Positions 18,036 to 25,762 of a stretch of 64,000 bases of DNA are shown one piece after another. Position 1 is the first letter of the stretch; each line of letters starts with the position of its first letter. The position numbers and the translations under genes are program-made. The DNA comes from Terriglobia bacterium (lineage in GTDB: Bacteria; Acidobacteriota; Terriglobia; Bryobacterales; UBA6623), in NCBI GenBank assembly GCA_009841225.1, contig VXMF01000002.1, positions 65,426 to 129,425 on the forward strand. Direction: 5' to 3'. The notes beneath the pieces are model-generated. The model was not told where the DNA came from, made no database searches, and saw only the letters and a program-made list of their open reading frames with translations.

Positions 18036-18908
18036 ATGCCGACCACCCAACCAGCGCCGGACGAACAGGGCACCGGCTCAGAGGACCAAGCCTTGCGGCC
18101 CCGGCTGGTAGCGGAGGCTCCGTCCCAAGAGACGTTCGTCGTCAGTCTCGATCAGTACGAAGGGCCTCTCGATGCGCTGCTCGATCTGATCAAAGCCCAG
18201 CAGATAGACATTCTGGATATTCCCGTCGCCAGTCTGACCGAGCAGTACTTGGAATCGCTCAAGCGGGCTGAATCGCTCAATGTCGAACTCAACGCGGAAT
18301 TCGTGCTGATGGCAGCCACACTCGTCCACATCAAGTCCAAGATGCTCCTGCCAACTCCGCCAAGAGTGGACGAGGATGCCCCGGAAGACCCGCGCGAGGA
18401 CTTGGTAAAGCTGCTGCTCGAACGAGAGAAGTTCGTGCAGGCTGCACAGATGCTGGGCGAGAAACGCGTGATTGAAGAAAACGTCTGGACGACAGTCGCC
18501 GCGGATGCCCTCGCCGGAGATGACGGCGAGTCGGAGCTGCAAGTCAGCTTGTTTGACCTAGTCCAGACCTTCGGCGAAGTCTTGGAGCGACTCGAGAGCC
18601 AGCCTGTGGTCGAGATGCCTGAAGAATCGGTCTCAGTGGCGAGCCGGATCCTATTCCTGAAGAACCTCCTGCAAAGCGACGACCAGCCGGTCAGGCTGCG
18701 CGATGTTCTGCTGCGCCAGCGGGTGCCGCGGGCGGTCATCGCTACGTTTCTGGCGCTGCTGGAGATGGTCAAGGCCCAAGCGATCGAGGTCCGTCAGAGC
18801 AAACTATTCGGCGAAGTCGTGATTCGGAAGCACGCTAACTTCGACCAAGCATTCCGCAGCGGCGAGCTGCTGCCTGCCTCCGACAGCGAACTGGAGTATT
18901 CGGCATGA
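18036..18908 (+). CDS. scpA: Segregation and condensation protein A (kleisin)
   Basis: FVVSLDQYEGPLDALLDLIKAQQIDILDIPVASLTEQYL..AEFVLMAATLVHIKSKMLLP is a diagnostic ScpA N-terminus. ATGA overlap with scpB. Confidence 0.95.
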   Translation: MPTTQPAPDEQGTGSEDQALRPRLVAEAPSQETFVVSLDQYEGPLDALLDLIKAQQIDILDIPVASLTEQYLESLKRAESLNVELNAEFVLMAATLVHIKSKMLLPTPPRVDEDAPEDPREDLVKLLLEREKFVQAAQMLGEKRVIEENVWTTVAADALAGDDGESELQVSLFDLVQTFGEVLERLESQPVVEMPEESVSVASRILFLKNLLQSDDQPVRLRDVLLRQRVPRAVIATFLALLEMVKAQAIEVRQSKLFGEVVIRKHANFDQAFRSGELLPASDSELEYSA

Positions 18909-19564
18909 CTGAAGCGATCATGACCTTTCCTACTCCCGAGGAGCTTGGCCAAGCCACGCCAGCCGAAGAGGAACTTTCCCTCCAGCAGCGCCTCAGCCTG
19001 TTGGAAGCCGTGATCTTCGCTGCCGAAGATCCGCCTTCGGTGGATCAGCTGGCTGAGGGGTTGGGATTGCCGAAGGAGCAGCTGGAAAGCGACCTGAGCG
19101 CGCTTTGCGAGTCATACCGGTCAGACCTGCGGGGGGTCGAGATCCGCGCAGTGGGCGGCGGCTACCGGATGTCCACCAAAGCCGAGCACCATGAGGCTGT
19201 CAGGGCGTTCGTGAAGACAGTGAGGCCCAAGCTGCGTCTATCTAAGGCTGCGCTTGAGACCTTGGCGGTAGTGGCGTACCGCCAACCCGTGACGCTGCCG
19301 GAGATTCAGGCCATTCGGGGCGTGGTCAATGCTACTGGCGTGGTCCACACGCTGCTGAGCCACAAGCTGATCACGACCGCCGGACGCAAGAAGATCATCG
19401 GCCGGCCAATGCGCTACAAGACCACTCCGGACTTCCTGCTGCAGTTCGGACTCAGCGACTTGAGCGAATTGCCTACCCTGAAGGAAATGGAGGCACTGAG
19501 CCGCGCCGCGCTGGACGAGGACCAACAGGTTGCCGAGGGCGCCGACGGGGAGCAAGAAGCCTGA
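18905..19564 (+). CDS. scpB: Segregation and condensation protein B
   Basis: LLEAVIFAAEDPPSVDQLAEGL.., GGYRMSTK.., ALETLAVVAYRQPVTLPEIQAIRGV.. . This is the typical ScpB double wHTH. Confidence 0.95.
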   Translation: MTEAIMTFPTPEELGQATPAEEELSLQQRLSLLEAVIFAAEDPPSVDQLAEGLGLPKEQLESDLSALCESYRSDLRGVEIRAVGGGYRMSTKAEHHEAVRAFVKTVRPKLRLSKAALETLAVVAYRQPVTLPEIQAIRGVVNATGVVHTLLSHKLITTAGRKKIIGRPMRYKTTPDFLLQFGLSDLSELPTLKEMEALSRAALDEDQQVAEGADGEQEA

Positions 19565-19643
19565 GCTGACGGGGACTGCGATCGCCGCCTATGCGACGGT
19601 GCCCGAAACCAGAAGTTTCCCCATTTAAGGGGAGTTATGTGTC

Positions 19644-20813
19644 ATGTCTGAACGATTGCAGAAGATTATTGCGCGGGCGGGAATCGCGTCGCGCCGGAAG
19701 GCCGAAGAACTAATCCTATCCGGCCGCGTCACGGTCAACGGTGAGGTCATCACCCAACTCGGTTCTAGGGCGGACGCTGCCCATGACACCGTGCGCGTCG
19801 ACGGGAAGGTTCTGCGTGACAGCGGCACGAGACGCTATCTAGCAATGCACAAGCCCAAGGGCTGCGTCACCACAACCGATGATCCCGAAGGGCGGCCTAC
19901 AGTCATGGACTTGCTGGGAGCAGGAGCCGCAAAGGGACTGCACCCGGTCGGACGGCTCGACTACAACACCGAGGGATTGTTGATTCTGACGGACGACGGT
20001 GATTTCTCCAATGAACTTCTCTCGGCAAAGAACAGGATCCCCAAGACTTATGCGGTCAAGGTCAGCGGATTTCCGCCCGAGGAAGCAATCCAGAAGCTGC
20101 GCCAGGGGATCCGATTGGACGGCAGGCTGGCCCGTCCTGAATCCATCCGTCTTGTCCGACAGGCCGAGAACCCGTGGTTTGAGGTTACGTTGACGCAAGG
20201 TCGCAACCGACAGATCCACCGTATGTTCGAACGGATTGGTTTCCTCGTGGAAAAGATTCGGCGCGTCCGTATCGGAAACTTGTCGCTCAAAGGTCTCGAA
20301 CCGCGCCAAGTTCGCGAGTTGCTCCCAAGAGAGGTGGAGCGCCTACGCAACTACGAGCCCAGCGCCGAACGCGACCAGCAGGATTACGAACCAGAGGTAG
20401 AACGGAGACCGCGCGGGACGATCCGGCGAAGCGCCAGTCTGCCGGGAGAAAGGCGATACGGAGGAGGGCGTACAACCCGGTCCAGCGACGGTCGTCGTCC
20501 CCCGCGGAGGACGCCACGCGGATCGGCGTACGGGCGTCCGGCGCAGGCGCGATCCTTCCGGCCGGACGGCAGGCGGTCGCGGCCCGAGCCCGACGACCGG
20601 TCTGGTGGGCGAGAACCTCGCAGAGGCAACTCCCGGACCAATCGACTTAGGCGAGAAGCGCGACCCCAGCAACGACCAGCGCGGCGCCGGCCCAGCGGCG
20701 CAAGCTCACCTGCTCGTGCAAGAACAGGCGGGCGAGCAGGGTCTCCAGGGCGTAGCCCAATGCGGTCGCGGGGACCGCGAAGCTCACGTCCCGGATCGAG
20801 AGCAAGGCCATAA
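19644..20813 (+). CDS. rluB: 23S rRNA pseudouridine synthase RluB-type (S4 domain + RsuA/RluB catalytic domain) with a long Arg/Pro/Gly-rich tail
   Basis: ERLQKIIARAGIASRRKAEELILSGRVTVNG (S4). HPVGRLDYNTEGLLILTDDG (catalytic Asp motif). NRQIHRMFE. The last approximately 150 aa are low complexity, and the final 167 nt overlap a convergent gene. Confidence 0.9.
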   Translation: MSERLQKIIARAGIASRRKAEELILSGRVTVNGEVITQLGSRADAAHDTVRVDGKVLRDSGTRRYLAMHKPKGCVTTTDDPEGRPTVMDLLGAGAAKGLHPVGRLDYNTEGLLILTDDGDFSNELLSAKNRIPKTYAVKVSGFPPEEAIQKLRQGIRLDGRLARPESIRLVRQAENPWFEVTLTQGRNRQIHRMFERIGFLVEKIRRVRIGNLSLKGLEPRQVRELLPREVERLRNYEPSAERDQQDYEPEVERRPRGTIRRSASLPGERRYGGGRTTRSSDGRRPPRRTPRGSAYGRPAQARSFRPDGRRSRPEPDDRSGGREPRRGNSRTNRLRREARPQQRPARRRPSGASSPARARTGGRAGSPGRSPMRSRGPRSSRPGSRARP

Positions 20814-21006
20814 AGCCGAAGAACGAGATCGCATACGCCACCAGGGCTAGCAAGAACCACGCATTGCGGACGGTCGCAATGCCGAATCCGGCTAGTGCTC
20901 TAGGCCCCAGTGTCGCTGGCGCGCCCTGCAGGCGCATTCCGTGTGCCTTGAGCAGGTCTCCGACTACCCCGCCCCCTACAACGAGCGTCAATAGGAAGGC
21001 CGTCAC
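20647..21006 (-). CDS. Half-size EamA/DMT-like membrane protein (second of a coupled pair)
   Basis: GTG 21006 overlaps the TGA of the upstream gene (GTGA). It is 120 aa with TM helices, ending ..HEQVSLRRWAGAALVVAGVALLA, which is the typical EamA repeat end. The ORF-track start at 21249 would overlap the partner gene. Confidence 0.7.
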   Translation of the reverse strand: MTAFLLTLVVGGGVVGDLLKAHGMRLQGAPATLGPRALAGFGIATVRNAWFLLALVAYAISFFGFMALLSIRDVSFAVPATALGYALETLLARLFLHEQVSLRRWAGAALVVAGVALLA

Positions 21007-21419
21007 GGACGTCCCTCGGATGTCGATACAGGGGTTGAGGCGACCAGCGCCACCCCACACGAAACCAGTGCGATTCCACACCACCGGAGCGGAGAGATCG
21101 ACTCGTCGAGGAAGATCGCGCCGAGCGCGGCGACGAGTGCATAGCCACAAGACGTGACAAGCAGCACGTAGCTGAGGTCGGCCCAGGTCAGCAACAGCGT
21201 GTGGGCCGCGAAGAACAGCACAAGCAAGCTCGTGCCGAGCAGCACCCACGGATTCGCAAAGGCCGCTATCGCCGAGGAAAACAGACTGGCCGGCGAGTAC
21301 GAGCTGATGTCACCGACCGCTCGCATGCCGTAACTAAGTACGACGTTGCCGATGGCGTTGGAAACAATGACGATCGCCAGTAGGATTCTTGTCTTTCCAG
21401 CCAATGCCGAGTCTATCAC
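21003..21419 (-). CDS. Half-size EamA/DMT-like membrane protein (first of a coupled pair)
   Basis: 138 aa with 4 hydrophobic helices, ending ..DESISPLRWCGIALVSCGVALVAS, the same repeat end as the partner gene. Confidence 0.75.
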   Translation of the reverse strand: MIDSALAGKTRILLAIVIVSNAIGNVVLSYGMRAVGDISSYSPASLFSSAIAAFANPWVLLGTSLLVLFFAAHTLLLTWADLSYVLLVTSCGYALVAALGAIFLDESISPLRWCGIALVSCGVALVASTPVSTSEGRP

Positions 21420-21561
21420 CGCGTATCTTTACTACGGTCTTCGCTGCGATGCGCATGGCGACCGGTGGGGCGATGCTATTCATCAAGTGGCGACATGCGC
21501 GCAGCGGCTGATCCGCGACCTGCGGAGCGGATAGTGATGACCGTCAAAGCGGTCGCGGAAG

Positions 21562-22170
21562 TCAAGACGCTACAGTCGGCATGATTTCGAGGGTAGCGGC
21601 GGCGAATTGCCGAAAGGCTGTGTCGTCGAACAGCACGAAGGTCACGCGCTCAACTCTCGTCTCACCACCACTTAGCTTGCTCGCGACCGCGGCCACCGCA
21701 ATCTTCGAAGCCAGATCCATCGGGTAGCCGTATACGCCCGTACTTATGGCAGGCAGCGTGAGAGTACGAGTGCCGAGTTCGTCGGAAAGTTCAAGGCAGC
21801 GCTCGTAACATGATCGGAGGGCCGTTGGTTCCCCACTCCGCCCATCCCTGTAGATTGGACCCACTGCGTGGATTACCCATTGAGCTGGCAGCTTGCCTGC
21901 ACTTGTGGCCACAGCATCCCCGGCAGGACACTGCCCGATGCGGGCGCGGATCTCATCCAGGCCTCGCATGATCGCCGGTCCGCCGGCGCGATGAATCGCG
22001 CCATCGACTCCGCCACCACCCGCCAACCTGGAGTTGGCCGCGTTTCCGATGGCATCTGCAGGGATCTTCGTGATGTCGCCGACTACAAGGGAGAACTCCC
22101 GGTCCTTGATGCCAATCTTGAACTCGGCCCGCAACATGACGGCATTGTACTTGGGGTAGACAGAAACCAT
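21562..22170 (-). CDS. Macro domain protein (O-acetyl-ADP-ribose deacetylase / YmdB-like)
   Basis: VVGDITKIPADAIGNAANSRLAGGGGVDGAIHRAGG..., VIHAVGPIY, LTLPAISTGVYGYP. The start is uncertain (22170 or 22137). The ORF-track start at 22263 would run into the tmRNA promoter region. Confidence 0.85.
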   Translation of the reverse strand: MVSVYPKYNAVMLRAEFKIGIKDREFSLVVGDITKIPADAIGNAANSRLAGGGGVDGAIHRAGGPAIMRGLDEIRARIGQCPAGDAVATSAGKLPAQWVIHAVGPIYRDGRSGEPTALRSCYERCLELSDELGTRTLTLPAISTGVYGYPMDLASKIAVAAVASKLSGGETRVERVTFVLFDDTAFRQFAAATLEIMPTVAS

Positions 22171-22283
22171 CGGCTTGGGATGCTGTCGCTGTGATTCCAA
22201 GAAGCAAGACCCAAGCGCGAGCAAATTCGCCCTCTGGCTTGTATACTGCGAATAGCCGCCCACATGTTGAAGGTGGCTAAAGG

Positions 22284-22636
22284 GGGGGCGTACAGGATTC
22301 GACGAGATCGCAGTTGCTGCTTAGAGGCATGCCGGGTTCCGAGCACCCGTTAAACGATCGGAACAAAAGAACTGCCAACGACATGCAGTTTGCACACGCT
22401 GCCTAAGCTTAGGTAGCCGTCTTGGCCGCTGGGCTCGCACATCGGCACAAGACGTCATCTTGCGAGATAGGTTTCGAGGCTTCCGCCTGGAGTCTTGGGG
22501 CTGAGATCAATCAGGCTGGGCCGCAGGTCGCTTGTTCATTCACAGCCTGCAGTTGAGATCTTGGAATGAACTAAGCATGTAGGCTTTTTGCAGTGGCCTT
22601 TTTCGGACGCGGGTTCGATTCCCGCCGCCTCCACCA
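22284..22636 (+). ncRNA. ssrA: tmRNA (transfer-messenger RNA)
   Basis: The 5' end is GGGGGCGUACAGGAUUCGACG. The 3' end is GGACGCGGGUUCGAUUCCCGCCGCCUCCACCA. The acceptor stem GGGGGCG/CGCCUCC includes the G3:U70 alanine identity pair. A T-arm GGGUUCGAUUCCC is present, as is an internal tag ORF ending in ..AA-TAA. Confidence 0.95.
22374..22406 (+). other. tmRNA tag reading frame: (A)NDMQFAHAA-stop
   Basis: GCC AAC GAC ATG CAG TTT GCA CAC GCT GCC TAA. Same architecture as the E. coli ANDENYALAA tag; a second stop (TAG) follows 3 nt after the TAA. Confidence 0.7.
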
Positions 22637-22781
22637 TTTGAGGTTTCATGGGACACCAATCAGCTTCAGTGAGATCATTCAAACCACGGGCAAGCCCAGA
22701 CAACAGACTGCGAGACCACCTAGCTAAGTGCTACTATGACTTCGTCTATAGCCTAAAGCATCAACACTAGGCATATGAGGC

Positions 22782-23264
22782 ATGACCGGGACCGGCGAGC
22801 CGCTCGAATTCCCCGAGATGGAGCCAAGAGAATTCACCCAGCTAGCTGCATGGGCAAAATCAATGGCGGAAGGAAAGGGTGCGAGCTCTTCCGAAAGCCC
22901 CAAGGCGCGCCCAGCATTTGCCGGAACGCGAAGGCAATTGAGCGAGGACGAGCTCAAGTCGTCAGGCGTTCAGAAGCTCTTGCTGGAGGAGATTTACAAA
23001 CTCGACCAGGAGAACTCAGTACTCCAGAATTATCGAGAGAGGTTCCACGAGGCAGACAAGGATGTCGCCGTCCTGCAGTCCGAAAGAAAGAAGAGTGCCA
23101 AGCTGGAAGCACTGTACAGTCTCTCGCTGGCATCTGGCTCGATATTGATAGGACGAGCACTTCCTATGTTTGAGTCAGGAGACTCGTTCGGTGCATACGC
23201 GACAGGAGGACTAGGAATATTGCTATTGGGTGCTGCCATCCTGACAAAGGTGCTCGGAAAATGA
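22782..23264 (+). CDS. Hypothetical coiled-coil protein with two C-terminal TM helices (island gene A)
   Basis: 160 aa, about 50% GC. The central heptad-like region is KLLLEEIYKLDQENSVLQNYRERFHEADKDVAVLQSERKK. Then come the hydrophobic segments LYSLSLASGSILIGRALPMF and AYATGGLGILLLGAAILTKVL. The stop overlaps the next start (ATGA). Confidence 0.6.
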   Translation: MTGTGEPLEFPEMEPREFTQLAAWAKSMAEGKGASSSESPKARPAFAGTRRQLSEDELKSSGVQKLLLEEIYKLDQENSVLQNYRERFHEADKDVAVLQSERKKSAKLEALYSLSLASGSILIGRALPMFESGDSFGAYATGGLGILLLGAAILTKVLGK

Positions 23265-23647
23265 ATATCGAGATCGGAAATACCTACAACGCAGGTGAGC
23301 TGAACCTCGAATGCCTGTCGTTGCGCGTACGCGCGGATATTGATCTTGGCGACTATGTGCTTCTCTGCTCCAATTACCGGGCAGGAACCGTTACCAATGG
23401 TGTCCGTCATGCACTCTGGTTCGCGGATATGAGGATTCTAAAGGGAGATATCATCTTCGTCTTCACACGATCTGGCTCCTATGACCTGAGCACGTCAAAG
23501 GAGGGAACAAGGTTTCACTATATCTACTGGGGGCTCAAGGAACCGATCTGGAATGCAGACAACAGGGCACCAGTGCTGCTTCACGCCCCTATTTGGGAGA
23601 CCAAGCCACCGGATTCACTTCAAGCGAAGCCCTCAAAGGGCCCTTAA
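23261..23647 (+). CDS. Hypothetical small beta-rich protein (island gene B), possibly lamin-tail/Ig-like fold
   Basis: 128 aa, translationally coupled to gene A. The pattern E-x-LSLRVRADIDLGDYVLL...ILKGDIIFVFTRSG...IYWGLKEPIWNADNRAPVLL resembles the strand pattern of LTD domains, by eye only. Confidence 0.6.
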   Translation: MNIEIGNTYNAGELNLECLSLRVRADIDLGDYVLLCSNYRAGTVTNGVRHALWFADMRILKGDIIFVFTRSGSYDLSTSKEGTRFHYIYWGLKEPIWNADNRAPVLLHAPIWETKPPDSLQAKPSKGP

Positions 23648-23740
23648 TCGCCGCCAACTCCCTCGAGTCCAATTTTGTATTCTCGACCACATCCGTTGGT
23701 GCCGAAGACTCGACGGCAGGCACGTCGTCCACCGACTATC

Positions 23741-24691
23741 ATGAAATCGGGAACGGAAATGGCCCGGAGAGTCAGCTTTTCGCAGTTGCGCAGCAAGCTG
23801 CGGCAGGCCCAAGCCAAGCAAAAGCAGGCAATCGACAGATACAACCGTGAGGCACGGGCTCACAATCAGAAGGTCAAGTCGGCCGTTGCCAAGTACAACC
23901 AAGCAGTCAATCAATATAACTCACAGGTCCGCACGCATAACAGTCGCGTCCGCGCCAACCGGAACCGTCTGCGTCATGAGATCGAAAAGCTGGTGCGGGC
24001 GTCGTCAAAACCGGTCTACACGACGTTGAGAACATCCGCCGAGAACGTCCATCGCACGTACGTTCAACTCGAGTCCGACGCCGAGACTTCGCAGTACGAC
24101 AGCCGGTTCAACAAAGTCCTCGACCTCTCGGAGCGCGAGGCGGCCAACAACGCCAGCGTCATGAACGCGATGCTAGGGAATCCCGAGAGCGTAGACGGTC
24201 ACGAAAGCATCCAGTCGACTGCCCTCGATCCCATCCTCCAGCTAATCGGCACCGACTTATCTGAGCGATGGCATGGCGCTCTGTTCTCATTGAATCCCCG
24301 CAACCCGGATGCTGCACGGCACTTCTGTACGAGCGCACGAGAGCTCCTCTCGAGTATCCTAGACTCCCGAGCGCCAGATCTACTTGTCCTTGCCGAGATG
24401 CCTGCCTGCGAGAAGATGCCGAACGGCTCTCCCACGCGCCGGTCGAAGATCCGTTTCTTCCTCCAGCGGAGCAACATGGCCGAAAGAGCCCTAGAAGACT
24501 TCGTCGAAGAGGACATGAAGAACGTCCTGCAACTCTTTCGCGAGTTCAACGACGGCACTCATGGATCAGCGGGTCGCTTTTCCCTTGACCAACTGTTGGC
24601 AATCAAGAGAAGGGTCGAGCACGCCATAGAGTTTCTCTGGAGCATCATCCCGGACGACCTGCGGAACCCCCGCAGGCCAATCGCGCACTAG
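23741..24691 (+). CDS. Hypothetical protein (island gene C): Asn-rich coiled coil + C-terminal HEPN-like helical domain
   Basis: The ORF is 23675-24691 (TTG); ATG 23741 or 23759 is more plausible. The N-terminus is QAIDRYNREARAHNQKVKSAVAKYNQAVNQYNSQVRTHNSRVRANRNRL. The C-terminus is NPDAARHFCTSARELLSSILD ... LFREFNDGTHGS, an R-x6-H motif at 24539-24562, then ... IKRRVEHAIEFL. Confidence 0.6.
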   Translation: MKSGTEMARRVSFSQLRSKLRQAQAKQKQAIDRYNREARAHNQKVKSAVAKYNQAVNQYNSQVRTHNSRVRANRNRLRHEIEKLVRASSKPVYTTLRTSAENVHRTYVQLESDAETSQYDSRFNKVLDLSEREAANNASVMNAMLGNPESVDGHESIQSTALDPILQLIGTDLSERWHGALFSLNPRNPDAARHFCTSARELLSSILDSRAPDLLVLAEMPACEKMPNGSPTRRSKIRFFLQRSNMAERALEDFVEEDMKNVLQLFREFNDGTHGSAGRFSLDQLLAIKRRVEHAIEFLWSIIPDDLRNPRRPIAH

Positions 24692-25183
24692 CCTGGCACC
24701 AAACCTGCGTACTTCTCAGTTCCGCCGCAGACTACGAACCCACTTGAGCGGATCGGCCAGAAGCCGTCTCCAACCTGCTGCCCGGCGAAAGCTTGGCTCT
24801 AGAGGCTAGCCCAACTTGTTCTGGGGCATTCAGTTCAGAAATCCGTAGCGAACAGACTTCCGCAAATTCCCAATCCGCAAGTCCGGATACGAGGCTCACA
24901 GCCTAGAATTCATCCACGTCGACACCCTTGTTGTTGAGTGTGTGGGGTTGTGCGGCCCGCACACCCCTCGCCCGGCAGTTCCCAAGACCGCCAGCGCACC
25001 GAGTTGTGAGGCCTTGTCAAGGCAGCGTTCCACTTCGAGCGACTGCTCAAGGTGGATGTCCCACTCAACTTCCGCAGGGAGCAGTCGTTCAAACAGCTAG
25101 TGACCTGCGGCATGGACGCCGTGAAGGCGGTGGCAGGGTGGCACTAACCGGGTTGCTAGCATCCGAGTAGAATCGAAATTCTG

Positions 25184-25480
25184 ATGGACGTTAAGCGAAC
25201 TGAAGAGAAGCTACTGGCTGCGGAGCACAATTTGCGCGGCGCTGAAGCGCATGTTCACCGGACAGGGAAAGACTGGCGGGACGCAGAGGCGGCGTCGTAC
25301 AGTAACGAACGTCACCACAGATTGCGCAGAACGCACGGCGACAACTATCGGCAAGAGCTAAGAGACGCTTGGGACTCGGCGAGGAAATCATTCGACGATG
25401 CATGGGCGCGTCTTGAGAAGGCTAGAAGAGAACACGACGAAGCTATGGCCGCTAGCTGTGACCGACCAGAGTCAGGTTGA
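25184..25480 (+). CDS. Hypothetical all-helical charged protein (98 aa)
   Basis: ATG ORF with coiled-coil-like composition (EKLLAAEHNLRGAEAH.. ..DAWARLEKARREHDEAMA). It ends 50 nt before the IS left end. No family recognised. Confidence 0.35.
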   Translation: MDVKRTEEKLLAAEHNLRGAEAHVHRTGKDWRDAEAASYSNERHHRLRRTHGDNYRQELRDAWDSARKSFDDAWARLEKARREHDEAMAASCDRPESG

Positions 25481-25529
25481 CAAATCGAGCAGGGATGCGG
25501 GAGGCACGGTAAAGGTGCGATTCCTTAGA

Positions 25530-25574
25530 AGGGGAATTATATACGAACGTCCCGAAATTCCCGCTGAAATCGCT
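25530..25574. repeat. Left terminal inverted repeat of the IS1595-like element
   Basis: 42 identical positions, 1 mismatch and a 2-nt indel versus the right IR (see the mobile_element entry). Confidence 0.85.
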
Positions 25575-25762
25575 CACCGCCGGTCCCTCGGGCGCTTGAT
25601 CCGGCGGATGTTGACGGGGCGCAGCACCGCCTGAGCGACCTCCTCCATCGACGGCCGGGAGCCGTCGCGCTTGCGCAGCGCGAACTCCTCCCGCTTCTCC
25701 GCCATCGTCGGCTGGTACGCGCTGTCCACTAGCTCCACCGTCTTGCGCTTCGGCTTGCTCAT
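25574..25762 (-). CDS. Hypothetical small basic protein (62 aa), last gene of the IS cargo
   Basis: The ATGA start overlaps the upstream ORF. The stop codon (25574-25576) abuts the left IR. KRK/RRIKRPRDRR-rich ends; no recognised family. Confidence 0.45.
   Translation of the reverse strand: MSKPKRKTVELVDSAYQPTMAEKREEFALRKRDGSRPSMEEVAQAVLRPVNIRRIKRPRDRR

Noticed and set aside
24910-25170. Short ORFs (67 and 80 aa) in the island spacer
   Set aside because: They overlap each other on opposite strands and have low-complexity translations. No ribosome-binding site or motif was seen.
25525-25530. Target-site duplication of the IS (TTAGAA versus TCAGAA at 28549-28554)
   Set aside because: The duplication is imperfect, only 6 bp, and overlaps the outermost IR base. 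It is mentioned in the findings but not accepted as a feature.
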